A DNA stretch of 64,000 nucleotides. Source: Octopus sinensis. Lineage: Eukaryota. The position numbers and the translations under genes are program-made. Location: positions 177,940,001 through 178,004,000 of the forward strand of contig NC_042997.1 of NCBI RefSeq assembly GCF_006345805.1, in the 5' to 3' direction. This document shows positions 12,954 to 24,087 of the stretch, piece after piece. The first letter of the stretch is position 1. Each line of letters opens with the position of its first letter. The notes beneath the pieces are model-generated. The model had not been told where the DNA came from. It searched no databases and saw nothing but the letters and a program-made list of their open reading frames with translations.

Positions 12954-13058
12954 AATTTCTCTGACATCATCATTATATTTAATTTTAGTTTCATTGAGGA
13001 GTACAATTATTGACATTATGATGCCAACTATGTTCTGAAACCATAAAAGAATTGGTCC

Positions 13059-13415
13059 TCAATTTTCCCCTACTCCATCCGCTTTTTTGACAGGAACAAA
13101 ATCCTTAAAGCTATCTGAGGCTAACATCTGAACACTCTCGATTCGTGAAGCAGAAGCATAAATAGTTGCCTTCCCTGGTTTTTCTTCAGTATTATCATTG
13201 AATTCAGCCACAGTAGTCAAAGACTGTGATTTTTTTGTAGGAGAAGGAACTTGAAGGTTGTCATATAAACACAAACCATCTTTGATTTGTTGAGTTGAAC
13301 TTGAACTTTTTTCTATATGAACCGTTTTGCTAACAGTGCTGGATGATACATTACTTTCATTAATCTCTGGTGTTTTAACAAACGCTACTTTCTCTTTCCG
13401 TTGAGGACTAGGTTC
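13059..13415 (-). CDS. Probable last coding exon (phase 0): EPSPQRKEKVAFVKTPEINES...KKADGVGEN*
   Basis: Acceptor tatatttttatttcag|GAA at 13415; open Ser/Thr/Lys-rich frame to TGA at 13061-13059. A possible donor GGA|gtaggg at 13074 would instead make it an internal 342-nt exon. Confidence 0.7.
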   Translation of the reverse strand, partial: EPSPQRKEKVAFVKTPEINESNVSSSTVSKTVHIEKSSSSTQQIKDGLCLYDNLQVPSPTKKSQSLTTVAEFNDNTEEKPGKATIYASASRIESVQMLASDSFKDFVPVKKADGVGEN

Positions 13416-13681
13416 CTGAAATAAAAATATATAAAGATATGATGACAACAGTGTAACAAAGAAAAAATAGAAAAGAAAGAAAGTAAAAAGGCAAATGGAA
13501 AGCTTCGACATGATCCCTACATGAAATAGTAGTAAAATCTTTCTTAAACCACACCACGCCACCTTAAACTGAGGTAAAATAGGTGACCTAGAGTCAAGCC
13601 ACAACTATCAGACTTCCATTGCCACTGCTGCCACAACCATCACCACTGTTGCTGCCACCACCACCATCAGCTGCAGCAGCA

Positions 13682-13882
13682 GCCGTTCAAGAATTTGGAC
13701 CTGGAGATCTCCATTTCCAGCGACTTCGAGGGCCACCTCCCAGTGGTGTCGGGCGTCAACGAAGAGCCCTCGACTACAACAAGACGACCAAAGTATTTTT
13801 TTTTTTTTTTTCCCAAGGTCTGGGGGTCTCCTGCCCCTAAGCCATAGACCATCACCTAATCACCTTTACCCATTTTGTTGCT
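13682..13882 (+). mobile_element. Unclassified ~200-nt structured retroposon, copy 1
   Basis: Starts GCCGTTCAAGAATTTGG; internal T-run; 35-bp flanking duplication (13648-13682 and 13877-13911, 2 mismatches). Confidence 0.8.
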
Positions 13883-13939
13883 GCCACCACCATCATCAGC
13901 TGCTGCAGCAGTAGTAGTTGTGTCATTGCTCATAGTCGT

Positions 13940-14270
13940 AGTATAAAGAGTAAAGACCCCCTTCACACATGAATGACCATGGGATTGCACCTAGAAAGTT
14001 CCCCTCTGAAGCACAATTTTGGCAAAATTGTTTATCGAAGACCAACAGTTGTCCATGCATACCAGCCTCCTCTCTCCATGCCACCGATGTTATCCAAAGG
14101 AAAAGCACCAGTGACATTGCAACTCATTTCTACAGTTGAGTGAACTGGAGCAATGTGAAATAAAGTGTCTTGCTCAAGACCACGACACACAGCCCAGTCT
14201 GGGAATTAAACTCACTAACTCCTGATTGTGTGCCCAATGCTCTACCCACTGAGCCATGTGCGTTCACAAG
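13940..14270 (-). mobile_element. SINE family E (tRNA-like head plus conserved core ttgagcaagacactt...ttgctccagttcactca)
   Basis: Homologous to 60405-60720 and shares its head and core with the copies at 21.8, 32.2, 34.4, 45.1 and 61.7 kb. Confidence 0.75.
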
Positions 14271-14306
14271 TCATAGTATGAGCCATAAATATGAAAAAAA
14301 AAAGAA

Positions 14307-14718
14307 GGCGGCGAGCAGGCAGAATTGTTAGCATGCTGGGCAAAATGCGTAGCCGTATTTTGTCTGCCGTTACGTTCTGAGTTCAAATTCCACTGAGTCC
14401 GACTTTGCCTTTCATCCTTTCAGGATCGATAAATTAAATACCAGTTACGCACTGGGCTCGATATAATCGACTTAATCCCTTTGTCTGTCTTTGTTTGTCC
14501 TCTCTGTGTTTAGCCCCTTGTGGGTAATAAAGAAATAGGTATTTTGTCTGCTACATTCTGAGTTCAAATTCCGCCGAGGTTGACTTTGCCTTTCATCCTT
14601 TCGGGGTCGATAAATTAAGTACCAGTTATGCACTGGGGTCAATATAATCGACTTAATCCCTTTGTCTGTCCTTGTTTATCCCCTCTATGTTTAGCCCCTT
14701 GTGGGTAATAAAGAAATA
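14307..14718 (+). mobile_element. SINE family B, tandem dimer
   Basis: Two consecutive bodies sharing one head. Confidence 0.85.
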
Positions 14719-15493
14719 AATATAAAAAAAAGACTGAGACCTTTCCATTTCTATTACTAATATTGCTAAAAACATTAAAAGAAACATTTTAAAAAAATCA
14801 ACAGAGAAAAAGTATTAGCGAAGTTTGGAGACCCTCATCTTATGGGAAAATAAAAAGGGTAAAGAGTGAAGTACAAAAATGAAATGTTTGGAATAAAAAA
14901 AAACTTAAACCATTCCCTGCCACCATAAATCCTAAAAATTCCACTCTTTCTCAATTTTTTCAAAATCAGAGTTTAAAATATGGACAGTTCAAATTTTTTA
15001 CTTAAATCCTAGCAATAGACCACCCTTGGGTGCATCATCATTCCATTAAATGTGTTTATGGGGAGAAAAATATTGAAAAAACATCAATACATATCAGCTA
15101 AATTGCCCTTGAATCATACACACACATTTATTTTTATTTTATTGTTTTTTCTGCATAATTGTATGAATTCCCATGTGTATAACACAAATTCACAAAACTT
15201 TTCTGAAAATTCCCCCCAGATAGTAAAAGTTATGAGGGGTTTTGCCCAACCATTTTTGTGAAGAGTGTTGCATGAGACTTAGCTCATCATCAGGTGGGCC
15301 ACGCTAATGAAAAAAATTCATGGTAATTTTTCATTGGGCATGGCATTACAAAGTCCCACAAGCTGCAGTTTACTCATTACTGATTTACAGTGTAATTGGC
15401 TTCCTTTTAATCAACGATTTAACTGAAATTAATGGCAGTGTATCTGAAGAATCTGTAGAACAGAAGACCAAATACCTTACAGTATTTACCTTA

Positions 15494-16018
15494 CAGTAAA
15501 TCCTCGAGTATAGTCCACCCTTGAATATAATACACAGGGGATTTTTAGGGGGCTATACTTCTGAAAATCCTAAACCTTGTGTATAATACGCACTCCTTCT
15601 CTAACTTGAGTCATGCATAATTAAGCCAGCAGCACCTAGTCAAACAAACACTTCCGCACATGCATAATACAATAATGGTGATGTTCTTAACTGTTATATG
15701 GGAATGTAAATATGTTTGCAAATTGTTTTTGTTACATGTTATTCTGTGTTCTGAATACTTTTATTTTAATAAATGTTGCTTACTGCAAGTTATGGATGAT
15801 AATTCTTTTATGACTTCATTGCTTTCAGGCTTAGCTTAAGGTATTTTCGCGCCCAACATCACAAAATGTGTCTGAATAAACATTGCCAGTCAGCAAATAG
15901 AGACTCGGCCATTGCTTAGAAAATATTTTTCATTTTTAACCTCGTATGTAGTATGCACTATGGATTTTGACCTTTAAATTTTGGGGAAAAAATGAGGATT
16001 ATACTCAAGGATTTACGG
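15494..16018. mobile_element. Tc1/mariner-superfamily (pogo/Tigger-like) MITE
   Basis: TIRs cagtaaatcctcgagtata and tatactcaaggatttacgg, flanked by TA on both sides. Confidence 0.75.
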
Positions 16019-16149
16019 TAGTTGCATTCTTTTAATTACTGAGTTTGAATTTTGTTGGAATTGTCTTTGATTTTCATTCTTTTTTCCAGGACCAATTCTA
16101 TAAGTAACAGTGAAGTACTGAGGCATTGACTTAATCAGTTTTTCCCTCC

Positions 16150-16960
16150 TCATCCTTTGTCTTTGTCCTACTTCTTCCCACTTCTCCATCCTCCTTCCCC
16201 CTCATTGCCCCTCCTCCCTCCTTCACAAGGCCCCCTCCTCTTTACCCCACATGGACCCCCCTTTCCTTCATCTTCGTGCCCTCCTGCTCTTTCACCCACA
16301 AGGTCCCTCCTCCTTACCTCTCACAACCCCTTTTCCTCCCTCATAGTCCTCCTCTCGCTTCACATCCTTCCTTCTCCCTGCTTCCTCTTACTTCTCTCAT
16401 CTTCTTCCTTCTCTCTTCCACATTCTTCTCTTTTCCTCTTCCTCGTCCTTCTCTTCTCCTTTTCTCTATCTCGTCTCCTTCCTTCTCTCTTTCTCCTCTC
16501 TTTCACTTCTCTCTCTGATCCCCTTCCTTCTCTCTTCCTCTTCCTCCTCTCTTTCACTTCTTCCTCTCATCCCCTTCCTCCTCTCTTTCACTTCTCTCTC
16601 TGATCCCCTTCCTTCTCTCTTCCTCTTCCTCCTCTCTTTCACTTCTCCCTCTCATCCCCTTCCTTCTCTCTTCCTCTTCCTCCTCTCTTTCACTTCTCCC
16701 TCTTATCCCCTTCCTTCTCTCTTTCTCTCCTGCTCTCTTTCACTTCTCCTCTCATCCCCTTCCTTCTCTTTTCCTCTTCCTCCTCTCTTTCACTTCTCCC
16801 TCTTATCCCCTTCCTTCTCTCTTTCTCTTCCTGCTCTCTTTCACTTCTCCCTCTCATCCCCTTCCTTCTCTCTTCCTCTTCCTCCTCTCTTTCACTTCTC
16901 CCTCTCATCCCCTTCCTTCTCTCTTTCTCTTCTCCCTCTCAACATTCTCTTTCTCCTCCT
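16150..16960. repeat. Homopyrimidine/homopurine (CT-rich) degenerate tandem repeat
   Basis: Recurring unit ccccttccttctctcttcctcttcctcctctctttcacttctc. Confidence 0.9.
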
Positions 16961-17355
16961 GCTCATGCTTCTTGTTATTCTCCTCACACACATGCACATA
17001 CACAGACATGCACACGCACACACACACATGCATGCACGTGCACTCACACTCTCACTCGCACACACACACACACAAATTAGAGTTCAACATTTTACTAATA
17101 TCTTAGATAACTTAAGGAGAAAATAAAATTCTACTGACTTTCTTTCTATAAATTCTGGGATTTATGGTTATCGAATAATCATCACTTCCTTTGTAGAATC
17201 GGCCATCGGTTCCTTCCAGCCAAATTTCATGTCTGTAGTAAAAAAAAGTGAGGGACCTTTACATTGAAATTGTTTATCATAATGTGAAAATTTCAACATT
17301 ATTGGTAGCAACAATATCAACAATAGCAACAACAACAACAACAGCAGCAGTAGCA

Positions 17356-17568
17356 GTCGTTCAAGAATTTGGACCTGGAGATCTCCATTTCCAGCGACTT
17401 CGAGGGCCACCTCCCAGTGGTGTCGGGCGTCAACAAAGAGCCCTCGACTACAACAAGACGACCAAAGTTTTTTGGGTTTTTTTCCAAGGTCTGGGGTCTC
17501 CCGCCCCTAAGCCCTAGACCATCACCTAATCACCCTAACCCGTCTTGTTGCTTAACAACAACAACAAC
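17356..17568 (+). mobile_element. Unclassified ~200-nt structured retroposon, copy 2, with (AAC)n tail
   Basis: Same 5' end as copy 1; inserted in a CAA/CAG tract that is duplicated on both sides. Confidence 0.8.
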
Positions 17569-17569
17569 A

Positions 17570-17830
17570 GCAGTAGTAGCAGCAGCAATAACAACATCAA
17601 CAGTAACAACCATGCTGAAGAGATAGTGAAAAAAATGTTGCTGAACCATCACCACAACCACCATCGCCAGCAACACTACCACTATCACCACTAACACTGT
17701 CACCGTTACCACAACCACCACCACCACAACTATCACTACCACTACCATCCCCATCATCGTCAACACCACCAACATCACCGCCGCCGCCGTCGCCACCACC
17801 ACTAACACCATTACCACTAACGCCACCAAT
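17570..17830. repeat. Degenerate trinucleotide (ACC/ACA/GCC) low-complexity tract
   Basis: Seen directly; explains the poly-V and poly-G ORFs. Confidence 0.8.
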
Positions 17831-17951
17831 GGTAAGGAGGATCTTTTCTCTGTGGTGAGGCATGAGCTGTCACTCACAATTGAGTACAACTTGGCAGCAT
17901 GTACCATACTTTAGCTTATTGTTTTAGCTTTCAATATAGTTGTGGGAAGAA

Positions 17952-18545
17952 GGCAGTGAGCTGGCAGAAACGTTAGCACGCCGGGCGAAATGCGTAGCCG
18001 TATTTCGACTGCCGTTACGTTCTGAGTTCAAATTCCGCCGAGGTCGACTTTGCCTTTCATCCTTTTGGGGTCAATAAATTAAGTACCAGTTATGCACTGG
18101 GGTCAATGTAATTGACTTAATCCGTGTGTCTGTCCTTGTTTGTCCCCTCTGTGTTTAGCCCCTTGTGGGTAGTAAAGAAATAGGTATTTCATCTGCCGTT
18201 ACGTTTTGAGTTCAAATTCCTCCGAGGTCGACTTTGCTTTTCATCCTTTCGGAGTCGATAGATTAAGTACCAGTTACGCACTGGGGTTGATATAATCGAC
18301 TTAACCGCTTTATCTGTCCTTGTTTGTTCCCTCTATGTTTATTCTCTTGTGGGCAATAAAGAAATAAGAAATGTTAGCACGCTGGGTAAAATGCTTAGTG
18401 GTATTTTGTCTGTCTTTACATTCTGAGTTCAAATTCCACCAAGGTCGACTTTGCATTTCATCCTTTCAGGGTCGATAAATTAAATACCAGTTGCTACTGG
18501 GGTCGATCTAATTGACTGGCCCCCTCCCCAAACATTTTGGGCCTT
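17952..18545 (+). mobile_element. SINE family B, tandem trimer
   Basis: Three consecutive bodies. Confidence 0.85.
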
Positions 18546-19237
18546 GCGTCTACAGTAGAAAAGGATATAGTTGTGAGAAGACAGACACTCTCCCAGCCCT
18601 CCCAATTTTGTCCAAGTGAAAAATCAAGGATGTGATAACTGGAGCAGAAGAGAAGGCTGGAAATGAGTATCAGAACTCAGCACTCATTTATAACTGGAGC
18701 AAAGCGAAATGAAGTGCTTCACTCTGAAAAACACATCATGCCACCTGGTCAAGGAATTGAACTTATGATCATGTGTCTATCGCTCTAACCACGCGGAAAT
18801 GCACCTGTAATGTTTATTTGCTTTTTTTTCTTTAATTTATTTTGTAAAGTTGCAAAAATGTGGCCTTGGACACACTATTGTGGAATAAAAGATGGGACAG
18901 TCATGGCTGGAACACTCTTGAACAAAGACTTGTTTTGGCTGAGGTTCCTCAGTAACAAGACTGGTAGCAGCAACAACAACAACATGGTTGCTTGGCCAGC
19001 TAGAAATAACAGCCAACTCTTCCACAGATTATACCTTTTAAAAATGGAAGAACACATTAGACCAGTGGTTCCCAAAATTTTTCAGGTTGCTGCCCCCTTA
19101 GCTTCCATGCCACATTCCTAGTGCCATCCCCCACTCACCACTACAAATGTGGATGACTTTCTGCAACAAATGCACAACAACTGTATTTCACAAATAAAAC
19201 TTACCCTAATTAAACCATTTTTTTGTTGGACGGGAAA

Positions 19238-19468
19238 GTGGCGAGCTGGCAGAATCGTTAGCACGCTGGGTGAAATGCTTAGCGGTATTTCGTCTGCCGC
19301 TACATTCTGAGTTCAAATTCCGCCGAGGTCGATTTTGCCTTTCATCCCTTTCGGGGTCAATTAAATAAGTACCAGTTACGCACTGGGGTTGATATAATTG
19401 ACTTAATTCGTTTGTCTGTCCTTGTTTGTCTTCTCTGTGTTTAGCCCCTTGTGGGTAGTAAAGAAATA
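19238..19468 (+). mobile_element. SINE family B
   Basis: Full-length match. Confidence 0.85.
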
Positions 19469-19849
19469 ATTATTGGGGTGGGGTGCATCCATTGACCCCG
19501 TTTAGCTACCCCCATTATCCCCCACTTTTCTTCAACACTCATCTGGAAAGTCACTGCCTCCATTGGGAACCACTGCATTAAACAATGTAGTTCTGTATAT
19601 ACAGAAAGTAACAACAACAGTTACAATAGTGTACTTACTGTATGATGTTAGAATTCAAAACAGTGTTTCTAGAATATAAAAGCAAAGTTAAGTTAAATTA
19701 CAGTTCACAATATCATTTTTATGTGAAATATTAGGTTGAGAAAAAAGTTTGTGTGCTGTGTTAAAATCAAGCTTTTAATGTAAATAATAATACAATCAAT
19801 AATAATAATAATAATAAATGCCCTGATGCAGTACCAGGCAGTAGCTCTC

Positions 19850-20245
19850 ATGGCTTTTGCTGAGCGCCTTGTTTCCCTGGGCATAGATTCACTGAAGCTC
19901 CGGCATCTGGCGACGGACTTGGTAAACACCCACAAAGTTATCAACCACCTCACCAACAACAACAGTGAACACCTTTTTGATCTCCATGTGTCTAACACAC
20001 GTGGACATGCCTACAAAGTCAGAAAACAACACAGCTCCCATGACTTTCAAAAACATTTTTTCACGCTCAGAGTTGCTGAAGCATGGAATAAACTGCCTGC
20101 GTCAGTTGTTGACTGCCAGCGTCAGTTGTTGACTGCCATGACACTGCATCCTTTAAGGCCCTCATGCTTTCCGAAATCCGCCGAAACTACACCTGATTAT
20201 ATATACACTTTAGATGAGTTGTAGTGCACCTGAGCACTGTACACA

Positions 20246-20293
<48 letters not shown>
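19850..20293 (+). mobile_element. CR1-like LINE 3' fragment with (ATT)n tail
   Basis: LGIDSLKLRHLATDL, RGHAYKVRKQ and FFTLRVAEAWNKLP; same family as the copies at 26.6, 33 and 49 kb. Confidence 0.9.
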
Positions 20294-20296
<3 letters not shown>

Positions 20297-20351
20297 ATAA
20301 AAGCAAAGTTAAGTTAAATTGCAATTCACAATATCATTTTTATGTGAAATA

Positions 20352-20893
20352 TTAGGTTGAGGAAAAAATTTGTGCACTGTGTTAAAATAAAGCTTTTTTT
20401 ATATTTTTTTGTGGTGTGTGTGTTCATTCAGTTCGTGTCATGTCCAATGGTGACTCACTGTGTGCGTGTATACCCAAGACTTGTTCATCGAAAACGCGCT
20501 TTGTTTCAATAAGACAATGGAAAGCCACATACTGTCAGAAAGACCAGCAACAAGATTGAAGAATTGGATGATGTTGAAGTTCTGCTGCATCCAGCCAATA
20601 GTCAAGATGTTGCTCCATCTGACTACAGTCTCTTCCGATCAGTGCAGCACTTTATGAAAGGTTATCAATTGAAGTCATTTGATGAAGTTGAAGAAGCTTG
20701 GCAAGAACTTTTTGATTCAAAGCTAAAGGATTGGTACTTTGACCAAATCCAAAAGCCTGCAGATCATTGGCAGAAGGTCGTGGAAAATGATGGTCTTTAT
20801 TTTGAAGAATAGTTGTTGTTGTTTTTAAATAAATTCTTGCATAAAAAAAAATCATTATTTTAACACAGTGCACAAACTTTTTCCTCAACCTAG
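20352..20893 (+). mobile_element. Internally deleted mariner element
   Basis: TIRs ttaggttgaggaaaaa and tttttcctcaacctag with TA flanks; encodes HPANSQDVAPSDYSLFRS...WQKVVENDGLYFEE (mariner C-terminus). Confidence 0.9.
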
Positions 20894-20907
20894 TAACACC
20901 GTCTCAC

Positions 20908-21136
20908 TTAACCTTTTAGCATTTAGATTACTCAGTTAAATGTAATACTTATTTATTCACATTATTTTAAATTAATCAATGCATTATCTTGTAGCTTTGA
21001 GATTTTGATGATGTGATTGCTTATTTTAAGAATGACATTGTCAGGTAGGTGTGAGAGGCCAGAGCCAGCCAAATTGAACATAAAATATGTAGAAAATTTT
21101 GGCTGGATATGACAGGTACAAATGCTGAAAGGTTAA
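20908..21136. mobile_element. TTAA-flanked (piggyBac-like) MITE
   Basis: ttaa|ccttttagc ... gctgaaagg|ttaa; a related inverted copy lies at about 22055-22270. Confidence 0.6.
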
Positions 21137-21216
21137 ACACATTTTTTTGGAGGGTACATTTCATTATATTGATCTGCTAATCCTCTAATTGCCATCATAT
21201 GGGTGCTGCAACACCA

Positions 21217-21424
21217 GCCATTCAAGAATTTGGAGCTGGAGATCTCCATTTCCAGCGACTTCGAGGGCCACCTCCCAGTGGTGTCGGGCATCAACGAAGA
21301 GCCCTCAACTACAACAAGACGACCAAAGTTTTTTTTTTTCCAAGGTCTGGGGTCTCCTGCCCCTAAGCCCTAGACCATCACCTAATCACCCTTACCCGTC
21401 TTGTTGCTTAACAACAACAACAAC
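21217..21424 (+). mobile_element. Unclassified ~200-nt structured retroposon, copy 3, with (AAC)n tail
   Basis: Same 5' end (gccattc); short imperfect TSD caacaccag/cagcaccag. Confidence 0.8.
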
Positions 21425-21794
21425 AGCACCAGAACTCTAGAGATCTATGAATCTATGTATCCCTTGTGGAGGGGGCATTTGGGAACATGGTTTAACATGG
21501 GTAGGAATAATGGGTGGAGGTGGTGGGAACACAGGTAGGAACGATGGGTGGAGGGTGGGGGAGCACATTTTTGGCATACTATCTTGTGTTCATGAGCACC
21601 AAAAGATTGCTCTCCCCTAATGCTCTGCACTTGGTAGCTGCTTTATTTATCCCTCTCATCCCCTTCCTTCTCTTGGAAAACAAAGTCAACCTCAACAGGA
21701 TTTGAACTCAGAATGTAAAGGGATGCAATACAGCAAAGCATCTTGTCCATTATTTTATTGACTCTGTCAGTTCGCTATGTCAGGTCCTTATTTA

Positions 21795-22037
21795 AAGGTT
21801 ACCTTCTTGAGTCATGCTGACTTGTAAGGGCCGGTTTCTATGACGTATAAATTCCCCACCTGGATAGGACGCCAGTCCATCATAGGATTACTCACTTTTG
21901 CCAGCTCAGTGGACTGGAGCAATATGAAATGAAGTGTTTTGCTCAAGAATACAATGCAATGCCTGGTCCAGGAAATGAAACCACAATCTTACGATCATGA
22001 GTCCAACACCCTAAACACTAAGCCACACACCTCCACA
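21795..22037 (-). mobile_element. SINE family E variant
   Basis: Shares head and core with the copies at 32.2, 34.4, 45.1 and 61.7 kb. Confidence 0.75.
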
Positions 22038-22964
22038 GGTTCTTATTTTACCTTTTAACATTTAAACTGACCATATCAAGCCCAAATATTCTACCTGTTT
22101 TATGTTCAAACTGACCAGATTCAGCCTCTCACACCTACCATACAATGTCGTTCTAAAAATATACAATCACATTATCAAAATCTCAAAGTTACAAGTTAAT
22201 GTATAATTAATTCAAAACAATGGAAATCAATCAATAAACATTACAATTGACTGAGTAATCTGAATGCTTAAAGAATGAAAAGAAATAAGGACTTAAGCCA
22301 AAAGCTGTTACATGGTTGCTTGGCCTGCTAGAAACAACAGCCAAATCTCCCACAAATTGCACTTTACAGTCTCTTTAAAAAAAATGAAAAAAGGAAAAAC
22401 ACTTTAGGCAGTGTAGTTCTGTATATACAAGAAATATATGATGGTCATAGTTGGAACGTCTTTCATCATAGTTCAGCTTGAACAGGGCTGATCTGAAGTT
22501 AATAAATGAAAACTAGTGCTACCACAAGCCATCGATGACCTGCTAAAAATAGCAGCCAAATCTCCTTTGAATCACACCCTACTGTCAGTTTTAAAAAAAG
22601 CAAAAGACATATTGGACAATATAAAAAGCTGGATGCTTTTGATAATAGGTTTGCTCAGTCAGGGTTGACTCAGGCTAAACAACAATATGACTTCAAATAT
22701 TGGTACAAGGCTGACATTTTTAAAGCATTTTTAGGATGCAAGCAGCAATCCAATGAAAACAAAACCCTAGTATTTGACTGCTGTTTTCTTTGCTTGGAAA
22801 GAATGAAAAGCAAAAGTGATATTGGATGATATTTAAATATGGCAAATAAAATACAAATGAGAAATAACATTTATGATATTAGCAGGTACAGAAGTCAATG
22901 TCTTCTTTTAAAACTGGCCCTCCATTGGTTAACAATGATAGAGGTTCCAGTTGAACCGATCAAC

Positions 22965-23468
22965 TGGCATCAGAATATGGCATCTGCCATATTCTGAACG
23001 CCTTACTTCCCTGGGCATGGACACATTGAAACTCCGACGTCTGGCAGCTGACTTGGCGGACACCCATAAAATTATTAACTATCTTACAAACAATAACTCT
23101 GAGCACCTTTTTCAAACTCCACCTGTCGAACACCCGTGGACATGTTTACAAAGTCAGAAAACAAAACAGCTCCCATGACTTTCGAAACATTTTTTCATGC
23201 TAAGAGTTGCTGAAGCATGGAACAAGCTGCCGGCATCACTTGTTAGTTGTCGGAGCATTGCATCCTTCAAAAATTCCATGCTTCCTGAGATTCGCCAACA
23301 CTACACCTGATTTTCTCCACTCTATACACATGCAAACATGTATCTGACTCATACACTGTTCACTTTCCAGACATTTGTACATTACTGCATATACTTTATA
23401 CACACTTACTGACAAGTTGTGGTGCACCTGAGCACTGTATACAATAATTTCATTATTATTATTATTAT
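22965..23468 (+). mobile_element. CR1-like LINE 3' fragment with (ATT)n tail
   Basis: LGMDTLKLRRLAADLADTHKII; 3' UTR ...gttgtggtgcacctgagcactgtatacaataatttc. Confidence 0.9.
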
Positions 23469-23874
23469 AACAGAACAGTCTGCTCATGAAATTAATGTGA
23501 AAGTGGCTGAACACTCCATAAACATGCACACCCTTCATGTAGTTCTCAGGGAGATTCAGCATGGAAAAGGGTGGCTCTTTGAAACACAGGTACTACCCAA
23601 TTTTGCTGGCTGGAGTGGACTTGAGCAACATGACAAAGAATCTTGCTTAAGAACACAACGTGCTGTCAGGTATTGAACTCACAACCTTATGATCTTGAGC
23701 CTAATACACTTAGTCACGCAAACAAAGAATCAGATGCACACACACACACACACACACAGAGATAAACATAGAGCAGGAATAGAATGAGAGGGGGGAAAAA
23801 GAATGGAAAACAGGAATGAGAAGAAAAAGAACAACAACAGGTTTATATGGAAAGCAATAATGAAAGTGTTAATA

Positions 23875-24087
23875 CAGGGTGTCCCAAAAAAATATATACA
23901 CACTTTAGCAGCTGATAACTCATTTAATATTTTTTCTTTCCAGATGAAACCTATAGGATTTAATGATGGCAGTCAGATTAAGCTTTGAACAAAGAAAATT
24001 CATTCTAAAATGATACTGGAAGTGTGAAAATGCAGTTGAAGTGCAAAACCAGTTAAAGTATGCATACATTTTTTTTGGGACACCCTG
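23875..24087. mobile_element. Tc1/mariner MITE
   Basis: TIRs cagggtgtcccaaaaaaa and ttttttttgggacaccctg with TA flanks. Confidence 0.85.

Noticed and set aside
15390-15455. Possible minus-strand exon (SSDTLPLISVKSLIKRKPIT)
   Set aside because: The acceptor is plausible, but the donor is weak and its phase-1 start cannot be linked to any identified exon.
17395-17447. Canonical HDV-like ribozyme in the ~200-nt element
   Set aside because: P3/L3, P2 and a CGAA-like segment can be drawn, but P1 is only 4 bp (cgac/gtcg) rather than about 7. The implied cleavage site would also not coincide with the shared 5' end, so it is not called as a feature.
17533-17541. Telomerase RNA, based on CCCTAACCC
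   Set aside because: Only a 9-nt match, degenerate in two of four copies and located near the 3' end. No template-adjacent pseudoknot or H/ACA architecture is recognisable, and the element is multi-copy with TSDs.
17530-17907. Poly-Val and poly-Gly ORFs resembling membrane or glycine-rich proteins
   Set aside because: Translation of a degenerate ACC/GCC trinucleotide tract.
22670-22870. Minus-strand ORF or exon after a long pyrimidine tract
   Set aside because: Several competing AGs, no good donor and no recognisable protein features.
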